This document shows positions 43,522-51,550 of a stretch of 64,000 bases of DNA, piece by piece (the stretch's first letter is position 1; each line of letters begins with the position of its first letter). Below the pieces are notes generated by a model. It did no database searches. It worked only from the letters and a program-made list of their open reading frames with translations, and was not told where the DNA came from. The stretch is taken from the IMG/VR virus record IMGVR_UViG_3300028857_000005, positions 1-64,000 of that record; one strand, 5' to 3'. The stretch is from a virus. Lineage: Duplodnaviria; Heunggongvirae; Uroviricota; Caudoviricetes. Made by a program: the position numbers and the translations under genes.

Positions 43522-43758
43522 ATTGTCGGGGTTCTTTCCCTTGATCTATCCCGAACCCCAAACTCGGATAGAGGGTGAATAAGTGGATTGGTCTTTACCA
43601 CTACTGCCTAGGGAAAGTGTCTCATTGTACACCTTTGAGCAGACCAAGTGTTGACTCTCAATCGGGCGTTACCCCCACCTGTGCGTTACCAGACTCTCCC
43701 GAACTGGTGTTCCGCCATATTCTGGAAATCTTGCATGGATTTCCATTGTGGACAATAG

Positions 43759-43830
43759 GGGATTCGAACCCCTACGAACTGCGTGCAAGGCAGTCATGCT
43801 CCCATTAACATCAATCGCCCATTCGTGATC
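43759..43830 (-). tRNA. tRNA-Ala (anticodon TGC)
   Basis: Acceptor GGGCGAT/ATTGTCC. Anticodon stem ACTGC/GCAGT, loop CTTGCAC. T-arm AGGGG/TTCGAAT/CCCCT. Confidence 0.7.
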
Positions 43831-43868
43831 CTCATACTATCACGACTGTTACTACTTGTCAAGCTGCG

Positions 43869-43940
43869 TTGGGTGACTGGGAATCGAACCCAGTTTAGTT
43901 CCGTATCAGAGAACTGTTCTAACCAGTCTACTATCACCCA
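43869..43940 (-). tRNA. tRNA-Ile (anticodon GAT)
   Basis: Acceptor TGGGTGA/TCACCCA. Anticodon stem GTTCT/GGAAC, loop CTGATAC. T-arm CTGGG/TTCGATT/CCCAG. Confidence 0.65.
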
Positions 43941-43976
43941 TTGATAAGTGACAAGTCTTTAAGTCCCTGTCACTAG

Positions 43977-44052
43977 TCGGGATAGTGGGACTCGAACCCA
44001 CGAAGATGTCCTGTCCCCAAAACAGGCGGCCTAGCCACTGGCCCATATCCCG
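43977..44052 (-). tRNA. tRNA-Pro (anticodon TGG), unusually long (8-nt) variable region
   Basis: Acceptor CGGGATA/TATCCCG. D GGCC/GGCC. Anticodon stem CCTGT/ACAGG, loop TTTGGGG. Confidence 0.65.
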
Positions 44053-44146
44053 AAGCTACGCTGGTGGATGAACTTACGACCTATGTGTGCTCATACGCAC
44101 TAGGATCATCTCTTGTCGGTCAACTGACCAGCGTTATACCATTGTA

Positions 44147-44335
44147 TCATACAGTCTGATACGTGTCAAGCACCACGTACTCATCAACTGAGTAGCGAGG
44201 CCAAGGCTCATACTCGGGGCGTGTTGGGTACATACCCCCAGCCTTCTGATGTTCCAGAGCAGCAACCTCATTGGAGTAAACTCCATGGATGATGTCTCCG
44301 TCGTAGTCACGTTCCGTTACCAAGTAAATGTTCAT
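44147..44335 (-). CDS. small hypothetical protein (62 aa)
   Basis: ORF track entry. Confidence 0.4.
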   Translation of the reverse strand: MNIYLVTERDYDGDIIHGVYSNEVAALEHQKAGGMYPTRPEYEPWPRYSVDEYVVLDTYQTV

Positions 44336-44373
44336 GGCTAGAGACTAGCACGTCTTGGATTATCTGTCAACCG

Positions 44374-44447
44374 AGGTACCTGTGAGGCTCGAACTCACAA
44401 CATCGACGTTACAAAGGTCGCGCTCTACCAATTGGAGCTAAGGTACC
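44374..44447 (-). tRNA. tRNA-Thr (anticodon TGT)
   Basis: Acceptor GGTACCT/AGGTACC. D GCTC/GAGC. Loop TTTGTAA. T-arm GTGAG/TTCGAGC/CTCAC. Confidence 0.7.
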
Positions 44448-44525
44448 ATTGCAGTCACGTCCAAATACCACCGACTGGACTACCTGCTCTATAGGGCCGG
44501 ATTGTGGCTTTTTCCCTACAGCTAG

Positions 44526-44596
44526 ATCCTCCTAAGGGAATCGAACCCTCATCACTGCATTACGAAAGCAGCATCTTACCATTAGACCAAAGAGGC
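44526..44596 (-). tRNA. tRNA-Thr (anticodon CGT), G1-A72 mismatch
   Basis: D GTCT/AGAT. Anticodon stem CTGCT/TGCAG, loop TTCGTAA. T-arm GAGGG/TTCGATT/CCCTT. Confidence 0.55.
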
Positions 44597-44636
44597 ATTG
44601 TGGTAGAGCGGAGTCGTGCCCTACCAACAACTACGA

Positions 44637-44879
44637 TTATACACTATCCTGTGAGTTTGTCAACTCGGTATCTTGTACCGGCGTATACTTGACCAACCTG
44701 AATGTGATTGTTCCATCGCAGAGCGTCTTCCGTGCCGCTGCAATTGCGGCCTTGGGAGATGTAAACATCCAAGGAACTCCTGTGACTTTACCATCTCTTG
44801 TCCATACATGCTCGTATCTGAAACTAGAGTCTGGACGAGCCTTGCTCCAAACTACAACCCAGTATTCATCTAAGGTCAT
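44637..44879 (-). CDS. hypothetical protein (80 aa)
   Basis: ORF track entry. Confidence 0.45.
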   Translation of the reverse strand: MTLDEYWVVVWSKARPDSSFRYEHVWTRDGKVTGVPWMFTSPKAAIAAARKTLCDGTITFRLVKYTPVQDTELTNSQDSV

Positions 44880-45219
44880 CTGGATTCCTAGAGCTTGGTG
44901 GGGTCCATCCTTCTGTATCAGCTACACCCTTGGCATAAGCTGCGTCTACAGCTTTCTGGATTGAAGCCTTGAGAGCCTTTAGGTCAGGAACAATATAAGT
45001 CCATGCCCTGAATTCAACAGTGTTGGTGATGAAATCATTCGGCCCTTTACTGGTGCCCATGTGCCTTTGAAGTTCTTGTCCAATAGCCAAAGCCATATCC
45101 TTGTAGATATATTCCTCAGCATCCAAATTAGTAAACTCAAGCATTTCTTCGCTTACAACATACCTGCTGGAAACACGAACGATGCCGTCCATGATTTCAT
45201 TTTTGTTCGGAATATCCAT
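44866..45219 (-). CDS. hypothetical protein (117 aa)
   Basis: ORF track entry. Immediately downstream of the terminase gene. Confidence 0.5.
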   Translation of the reverse strand: MDIPNKNEIMDGIVRVSSRYVVSEEMLEFTNLDAEEYIYKDMALAIGQELQRHMGTSKGPNDFITNTVEFRAWTYIVPDLKALKASIQKAVDAAYAKGVADTEGWTPPSSRNPDDLR

Positions 45220-45235
45220 AGTCCTCCTTAATTAG

Positions 45236-47026
45236 TTAAAGAGCACCAATACTCGATAGATACTCTTCAATTTCAGAAGGCATTGGAGGTTTTGTTTGAA
45301 TACTATCATTCCCCCCAACCCCCATCTTTCGCTTCAAGCGTACATCATCATAGTCCACGATGTCAACTGTGTCGTTAACCTGCTTCGGACTACGGGTAAT
45401 GCAGTTGTAGACTGCACCAGCCACGGCGTCAGCCAAGTCCTTGCTTCCCTTGCGAGGGTGGTCAACCTGTGTGTTCGACACAATACGTAGTTGACTAAGC
45501 TCATCGAAGAGGATGTCGTTGGCTGGCATCTTGACACGATGCTCATAGACCAGCATAGCAAGATCGTCGTAATGTTTCAAGGCGACACTCAAGGTCTCAG
45601 TATTGACTCCAAGTCTGTTGAGTTCCATCTGCGTATCGAGAGAGTTCCAACGGTCGAAGGTGACAATTCCGATGTTCACCCCACGTCTACGTAGGCCCAC
45701 GATCCAACTACGTACTTGCTTCAAATCGATTGGCTGCCCCGGCTTAGGCTCCCAGTAAGCAACCATGTCTACGACAACCTCAGGGACAACCTGTTCGTAG
45801 TCATTGAACTGTCCAGTCTTGACCCACTTGTTCACATGGGCTACCGCCACCGCTGCACGGTCCTGCTTCTGGGCAAGGTCGGCATGGAGGAAGTACTTGA
45901 TATCTGGATTAGGTACCCATGACTGGTCAACACGATTGACGCCGTCAATTGGATTACGAATGACCATAGAATCTCGCAGGGCTGGGATGTTCTTGATGAA
46001 CGCATCCGTGTAGGACTGTCCCATACAAGCGAAACGCTGTAGCGCGTCACCGGGGTCTTCTAGGAAGTTACGCTTGTACGAATTGATCGTCTTGGTGGGG
46101 TTAACCTTCCACGAAGGTGCCTTCAATGCGAACACTCCGTCAATGGCGTAGCTGACTACCTCATCCTCTTCCCACGCAATTGTGAAGGTGTTTCCCTCAG
46201 TGTCGTCTGGCAGTTCCTCATTGACCTTAAATGTGTGTGTGAATTCGTAAGTCTTCTTCTCACGCACTACCTTGTCGTAACGCTCGGAAATGAAGTCACC
46301 CTTGTAACGAGGGAAGGAAAGTAGAATGACCTTTCCAATCTCATCGAAACGGGAGTCTACAGAAGCGCGGAACATCTTGTAGATAGCATCACCAGTCTTG
46401 GCCTGCTCATTGCCTGTATTGGATGTCTGGGCGAAACCAGAAATCTCGTCAAGGATTGCGAGGATGAGGTTCAGTCCCTCATGGCTCTCACGCTCGGAGT
46501 GTCCAGAGTATACCGTGACATTCTTGATGAATTCAACAGCGATGATGGTGGGGTTGTACTTGCCAGCGAACCATGGACAACGCTTGATCAAGTCCTTGAA
46601 GCGCTTGAAGAAAACGTTCTTCGCCTGCTCTGCATTGATAGCGATGTTGATAAGGTCAATGGCGTCACCGGGAGGCTTGCCGAAGTACTTTGCTGGGTCT
46701 TTCAGACACAACAGCTTGTATACCATGTAAGCACAGCCAATTGTGGACGTATAGTCCTTACCGCTACCCTTGCCCAATGCGAGGACGATTTCGTTCTTGG
46801 TGTACTTCTTGTAGTGTGCCCTGCCTCTTTCACGTCCCATAAGGCGCTCTAGGTCTTGGACACGATAAATCTGGGACATGGCCTCAACCATATCTCGTTG
46901 AATTTCTGACAGGGGTGGTTGGTTCAGGAAGTTCGGTCCCAAGAACGTATCTAGTTCTACGGGGTCTTCCTCAAAAGGGTTGTCGTCAAGAGCGACAAAG
47001 AACTCTGAGAAGTCCATGTCACTCAT
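45236..47026 (-). CDS. terminase large subunit (596 aa)
   Basis: Walker A LGKGSGKDYT in the N-terminal ATPase domain. Size and composition typical of TerL. Confidence 0.8.
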   Translation of the reverse strand: MSDMDFSEFFVALDDNPFEEDPVELDTFLGPNFLNQPPLSEIQRDMVEAMSQIYRVQDLERLMGRERGRAHYKKYTKNEIVLALGKGSGKDYTSTIGCAYMVYKLLCLKDPAKYFGKPPGDAIDLINIAINAEQAKNVFFKRFKDLIKRCPWFAGKYNPTIIAVEFIKNVTVYSGHSERESHEGLNLILAILDEISGFAQTSNTGNEQAKTGDAIYKMFRASVDSRFDEIGKVILLSFPRYKGDFISERYDKVVREKKTYEFTHTFKVNEELPDDTEGNTFTIAWEEDEVVSYAIDGVFALKAPSWKVNPTKTINSYKRNFLEDPGDALQRFACMGQSYTDAFIKNIPALRDSMVIRNPIDGVNRVDQSWVPNPDIKYFLHADLAQKQDRAAVAVAHVNKWVKTGQFNDYEQVVPEVVVDMVAYWEPKPGQPIDLKQVRSWIVGLRRRGVNIGIVTFDRWNSLDTQMELNRLGVNTETLSVALKHYDDLAMLVYEHRVKMPANDILFDELSQLRIVSNTQVDHPRKGSKDLADAVAGAVYNCITRSPKQVNDTVDIVDYDDVRLKRKMGVGGNDSIQTKPPMPSEIEEYLSSIGAL

Positions 47027-47531
47027 CGATGATCACAGCTTCCTTACCGATACCCGCCATGCGCTGCAATACCTTTGGCTTACAGTGAGCACACTCGCTA
47101 ACGACCTCTGTGATGATCCTCATGATGGCTGCCTGCTTGGCTTCCGTTTCCAGCATCTTCTCAGCTAGCTCACGGTTCTCAAGTAGTCCTGCCTTCTGCA
47201 ACATCTCAATACGAGACTTCTCAATGTCAAGGATCAGTTTCAATGCACCAGTACGGGCACCAAGGGCGTCTGCATTCTTAGCATCCTCCATGATGTCGTA
47301 TGCTTCCTTGATCAACTGGGAGTAGTGCTGATCGGCACCAGCCAGTGCTTCTCTTGCCCTGACCCGTACAGCATCAGAGTTGGAAGCCATGACCTTCCAT
47401 TCCTTGACGAGGGTGACAACCCTGTGCCTTGGAATATCTAGTTCAGTGGAAATCTGTGTCTCACTCTTTCCCTTGAGGTATTCTGCGGCAACTGTGTTGA
47501 CTTCATCCAAGTGTTCTGCGAGGTCTGTCAT
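47019..47531 (-). CDS. putative terminase small subunit / DNA-binding protein (170 aa)
   Basis: HTH-like segment TQISTELDIPRHRVVTLVKEW. Position immediately upstream of TerL. Confidence 0.45.
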   Translation of the reverse strand: MTDLAEHLDEVNTVAAEYLKGKSETQISTELDIPRHRVVTLVKEWKVMASNSDAVRVRAREALAGADQHYSQLIKEAYDIMEDAKNADALGARTGALKLILDIEKSRIEMLQKAGLLENRELAEKMLETEAKQAAIMRIITEVVSECAHCKPKVLQRMAGIGKEAVIIDE

Positions 47532-47672
47532 CGTAGCCCTGCTTCCTTGAGCTTGCGACTAATCGTCTGAATGCTTGTGTCGCATTCCTCAGCAATATCC
47601 TTCAACGTACGACGCTCCATTACATAGCGACGACGGAGGAACGCTGGGCTGTCATATAGCTTTGCTACCATC
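47529..47672 (-). CDS. small HTH protein (47 aa, MVAKLYDSPAFLRRRYVMERRTLKDIAEECDTSIQTISRKLKEAGLR)
   Basis: ATG with RBS aaggagaag. Sigma-region-4-like HTH. Confidence 0.4.
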
Positions 47673-48261
47673 ACTTCTCCTTGATTACCTTGCCCCAATT
47701 GCTTGCGGCGAATGTTGCGATTCCCATTGCATCAGCAACGTCATCGTCATCCACGTTAGTCCCGTAGGTCTTGTTCATGGTGTCGATTGTCCTGTGCTTA
47801 CGAATGTCACGTTCCTTGGCCTTGTACCAAGCGGCAGACTTATTGGGAGTTGCCTTCTTGATGGCTGCTTTCTCTGCCGCTGTCAAAAGGCGTGTACCAA
47901 TGAATGACTGCCACGCAATAGGGCTAACGCAATGCGATTCCTTGGCCCCACCCAAGAATGCTCCACCCAGCAATGCTCCCTGAGCCTTTGCCAATTGTGC
48001 AGCAGTATTGTGTGAGTTCGTATAAATCGTATCTTCGATCACAATAATTGTACCATTAGGCAGCTTGTCAAAGAATGCCTTTGTTTTGTTCGAGATGTCT
48101 TTCATCTTCTCGTTGATGTTATTGCCATTGAACTTGATCTTGCCGTAGCGAATGATCTTACCGTCCGTATAAATAGCAAATGCCATCGAGTTAGTGCTAG
48201 CGTCAATACTAACAAAACTCGATGGCGGTGCTACGTTGAGAATCTTTGTGATTCTAGGCAT
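47671..48261 (-). CDS. RuvC-family Holliday-junction resolvase-like protein
   Basis: N-terminal VSIDASTNSMAFAIYT (catalytic Asp region) and C-terminal DVADAMGIA. Confidence 0.55.
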   Translation of the reverse strand: MPRITKILNVAPPSSFVSIDASTNSMAFAIYTDGKIIRYGKIKFNGNNINEKMKDISNKTKAFFDKLPNGTIIVIEDTIYTNSHNTAAQLAKAQGALLGGAFLGGAKESHCVSPIAWQSFIGTRLLTAAEKAAIKKATPNKSAAWYKAKERDIRKHRTIDTMNKTYGTNVDDDDVADAMGIATFAASNWGKVIKEK

Positions 48262-48622
48262 TGTGTCTCCTCTTTAGGTTCTCTACTTCACGGAGGACGA
48301 CATGCTCTGAGAAATAGCAAGAAGCGCAATACTTAGATTCGTTGTAGACAGAAAGCACATTTGTACAATCGCTATTTGCACAAATGCGTTTCTTTGTCTT
48401 ACGTCGATTAAGCTTGCGCTCTTTGCTCTTTATAGCTTGGTTGTGTTTGGTTGCCGCTGTACGGCATTCTTCCGAACAATAAATTTGAAAGCTCACTGTC
48501 GGGGAGAATGGGGTGTGGCACCAATCACATTGCTTCATCCAAGCTTCTCCAAAGCTGGCAGTGCGATATCGCCTTCGAGGGGCAATGTTGCACATACCTT
48601 TGATAGAGGACATGACTTGCAA
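48254..48622 (-). CDS. zinc-finger protein (122 aa; CDWCHTPF...CSEEC...CANSDC...CASC)
   Basis: ORF track entry. Confidence 0.45.
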   Translation of the reverse strand: MQVMSSIKGMCNIAPRRRYRTASFGEAWMKQCDWCHTPFSPTVSFQIYCSEECRTAATKHNQAIKSKERKLNRRKTKKRICANSDCTNVLSVYNESKYCASCYFSEHVVLREVENLKRRHNA

Positions 48623-49314
48623 ATCTTGGAATTGGCACGGTAATTCTTCTTGGGCAACTTGCGGTCAACCCAAGCCTTATGCACAGTACGCATCCATCCA
48701 AATGCACTCTCGACCCACGCCTTGTTCTCTGGGGTCATTTCCAGAGGAATAGCGAGGAGTTCATGAGTATCCTTGTTCTCATAAAGGATTACACCAAGGT
48801 CAAAGCCTTGAATGTACATGTAGATCAATAGCTGCGAACGGTGATAAGGGAGCGCATTACCTGCGTCCTTCCTTCGCTGAAAGGCGATATCTCTTGTCGT
48901 CTTAATCTCGACAGGGAGGTTGCCATCATTCCAGAACAGTTCAAGGTCTTGGTAACCGAAGATAGGAGGATCACTGTTGATGATCTTCTTCTCAATGGAA
49001 GCGACAATTGCCGTCTTCGCTACTGCCTTCTGGATTCTCTCATGGCTGTAAGAGCCATTTTGCATGTTAGCAATTTCCTGCGGAGAATTATCCGATTCGA
49101 ACTCTCCACCATCAAATGCTAGGTACCAATAACGGGGGCATTCACCTGAACCGTATACTAGCGATGATGGAGCGAACGTCTTCTTCTTCTTGTACTCGAT
49201 GGGATTCTCTGGGAGATATCCCTGTTCGATTGCTGCGATCAGAGCCTTGGTATCAACCAGACCCTTTGCAGTTCTTGCTTCCCCAATTAGATTCTTGAGT
49301 AAGTTCTTAGCCAT
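48535..49314 (-). CDS. PD-(D/E)XK nuclease, Cas4/RecB-like exonuclease with Fe-S Cys cluster
   Basis: N-terminal GECPRYWY. ...D-x-ILYENK core. C-terminal CKSCPLSKVC. Confidence 0.6.
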   Translation of the reverse strand: MAKNLLKNLIGEARTAKGLVDTKALIAAIEQGYLPENPIEYKKKKTFAPSSLVYGSGECPRYWYLAFDGGEFESDNSPQEIANMQNGSYSHERIQKAVAKTAIVASIEKKIINSDPPIFGYQDLELFWNDGNLPVEIKTTRDIAFQRRKDAGNALPYHRSQLLIYMYIQGFDLGVILYENKDTHELLAIPLEMTPENKAWVESAFGWMRTVHKAWVDRKLPKKNYRANSKICKSCPLSKVCATLPLEGDIALPALEKLG

Positions 49315-49627
49315 ATACCTTATCTTTCGCCATGTATTTCAGTGCATCACAAAGTCTACGAGTAGCTTCGGTCAGGCTGTAATACAGATTCTTTTTGTCT
49401 CGCTTCGTCTTATCGACGTTGGTGTAGTAGCTGGCAAGCATCGAGAACTTAGCTGCGAATGCTTCCAAGCGAACAATCGTTGTCGCCACCTTGTTCGGTG
49501 GGATATCGGGATTCACCATCATCTTGACGATCACTGCGAGAACTTCGTTCAGGTCATCGTCTACCATCAGATCACTGATCTTCTGGAATTCGTCTACCTG
49601 TTGCACCAGTTCAAGAGTGGTGGACAT
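49307..49627 (-). CDS. hypothetical protein (106 aa)
   Basis: ORF track entry. Confidence 0.45.
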   Translation of the reverse strand: MSTTLELVQQVDEFQKISDLMVDDDLNEVLAVIVKMMVNPDIPPNKVATTIVRLEAFAAKFSMLASYYTNVDKTKRDKKNLYYSLTEATRRLCDALKYMAKDKVYG

Positions 49628-49986
49628 TATTTGTTTCCTTCTAGTAGATATTCTAGCATATCGTACTCTATCACCGCTAGTCGGACCTTTCTGTCCCCTT
49701 CACCGATGATGAGGTACAACAGGGGAGACTTACCCTTGTCTACCCTCATGGTATCTGTGCAAAGCTTGGCCCAGATATCTTGGTTGAGCGTGAATGACTT
49801 CTTGGCGAACTTGGCATCGATGACGAACTCTTCTGTGGACATATCTGCCTTTTCCAAGTTTCTACCGCTGTTCTTGTGCTGCCGTGCGCCAATGCGCTTT
49901 GCCTCAGCCTTTTCCAGCTTGTTATAGTCAGCCCCCTGCATATCTGGCCTTAACCTCTGCCTTGGTTGGCTTACGCAAAGACACAC
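49627..49986 (-). CDS. hypothetical protein, possibly VRR-NUC-like nuclease (119 aa)
   Basis: EEFVIDAKF pattern. Weak. Confidence 0.3.
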   Translation of the reverse strand: MCLCVSQPRQRLRPDMQGADYNKLEKAEAKRIGARQHKNSGRNLEKADMSTEEFVIDAKFAKKSFTLNQDIWAKLCTDTMRVDKGKSPLLYLIIGEGDRKVRLAVIEYDMLEYLLEGNK

Positions 49987-50122
49987 TGGACGTATGTCCG
50001 CACGAACAGCGCCAAGTCATTTCCTTGATGTCGTTGTACCAGAACCTAGCCTTACGAACCTCAAGTCCGCATTCTTGGCAAATGTACTTACCTGAATACT
50101 CTGCGTACTCTGGCTTAGACAA
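49928..50122 (-). CDS. zinc-ribbon protein (64 aa; CQEC...CSC)
   Basis: ORF track entry. Confidence 0.4.
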   Translation of the reverse strand: MSKPEYAEYSGKYICQECGLEVRKARFWYNDIKEMTWRCSCGHTSSVSLRKPTKAEVKARYAGG

Positions 50123-51113
50123 GACGCGCCTCTAGTTCCTTGAGCCTGTCAGGACTTTCCCTGAACCACTTGACCACATTATCCTTTCCCTGAATCTTCA
50201 ATTCATCTCCATAGTAGTACCAGCCCTTGCCGGTGATGATTCCTTCTTCAATCGCAAGGTCCACTGCGTCATTCACTGTATCTACACCAATGTGGCTACC
50301 GTCGAAGTAGAAGTGGTATTCCCCAGACCTGAACCCTGCGCCCGTCTTATTGAAAGTGATGTCCCAGTTGACCTTTCGACCAATGGTACGCTGCACGATC
50401 TTGTCTCCGATGAAGGTGTCACCCTTAATAGCTTGGTTTTCAGACTCGGAGCTAAACAACTTGATGATTGTGGAACTGTAGAACTGGACAGCCTTTCCAC
50501 CTGTTGGGATGAGGCTTGCGTGCATGGAACCGAAACTGTTTCGAGTCTGGCTAATTAGGATCAGGAGCGTGTGTCCCTGATTCGCATAGTTCAGCATCTT
50601 GACAGCGTTCGTCATATCCCTTGCCTCAGCACCAATCTGCTTGGTATCGACAAGGTCTTTCAGATCGTTGCTATCCTTGTCGAAGTACACTGCGGGTAGT
50701 AGCGAGGAGATTGAGTCCACTACGATGATGTCTACACCAGCCTGCATTAGGTGAGTGCCAACGTCCACCATATTGTTGACTGTTTGCGCCTTCGAAACGA
50801 TCAATTTGGTCGTATCCACACCTAGGGTTGTAGCCCACTTTGGGTCGAAACTCGACTCCGCATCGATCCATGCACACACCTTTCCTACTGCCTGTGCCAG
50901 TGCAATCAATTGAAGCATTGTGCTGGACTTGCTTGCTGACTTGTTTCCCCAGATCAAAACCTGACGACCGTAAACCAATCCTCCACCTAGCGCCTTGTTC
51001 AGGCTAGGGCTTGGGGTCTTTGCGTATTCAGGCTCTGGGAAGTCTGAACCCATGATGATCTGCTTGCGTAGTGCTGGACTGAGTCCTGCGATAATCTGTT
51101 CTAGCTCCATCAT
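50115..51113 (-). CDS. RecA-superfamily recombination ATPase (RecA/RadA/Sak4-like)
   Basis: Walker A GNKSASKS and Walker B IIVVDSIS; 332 aa. Confidence 0.6.
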   Translation of the reverse strand: MMELEQIIAGLSPALRKQIIMGSDFPEPEYAKTPSPSLNKALGGGLVYGRQVLIWGNKSASKSSTMLQLIALAQAVGKVCAWIDAESSFDPKWATTLGVDTTKLIVSKAQTVNNMVDVGTHLMQAGVDIIVVDSISSLLPAVYFDKDSNDLKDLVDTKQIGAEARDMTNAVKMLNYANQGHTLLILISQTRNSFGSMHASLIPTGGKAVQFYSSTIIKLFSSESENQAIKGDTFIGDKIVQRTIGRKVNWDITFNKTGAGFRSGEYHFYFDGSHIGVDTVNDAVDLAIEEGIITGKGWYYYGDELKIQGKDNVVKWFRESPDRLKELEARLV

Positions 51114-51550
51114 AGACCTGTCGATCCCAGTCCCATTTCACCACGAAGGGTTTCAGGGATTTCTGACACTGTAATCAGGTTGGCCTTTGTGTAACGCTGG
51201 ATTACCAGTTGAGCAATCCTGTCACCAGCTTCCCATGAATAGTACTTGCCATTGGCATTGTACAGGATTACCTTGAGTTCTCCACGATACCCGCTGTCAA
51301 TGGTACCCGGCGCGTTGAGCACGGTGATTCCGTACTTTGCAGCGAGTCCTGACCTTGGGTGTACAAGTCCTACATAGCCCTCAGGAATTGCAATGGAAAT
51401 CCCAGTGCCGACAACGGCAACGCTGCCAGCACCGAGACCACCACGTTCCAGAGCATGTAGGTCCATGCCTGCATCATCTTCATGTGCGTACAGTGGAGTC
51501 CAAGCTCGTTCATCCAAATACGCAATCATCACATCTACTTTGTCAATCAT
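51110..51550 (-). CDS. dut: dUTP diphosphatase (dUTPase)
   Basis: Five dUTPase motifs including AGMDL, PRSGL, GTIDSGYRGE, DRIAQL and RGEMGLGSTG. Confidence 0.85.
   Translation of the reverse strand: MIDKVDVMIAYLDERAWTPLYAHEDDAGMDLHALERGGLGAGSVAVVGTGISIAIPEGYVGLVHPRSGLAAKYGITVLNAPGTIDSGYRGELKVILYNANGKYYSWEAGDRIAQLVIQRYTKANLITVSEIPETLRGEMGLGSTGL

Noticed and set aside
21241-44700. Search for tmRNA and for plus-strand tRNAs
   Set aside because: No + strand GGTTCGAnTCC T-loops in tRNA context and no tag-peptide-like reading frame flanked by tRNA-like ends were seen. Not exhaustive.
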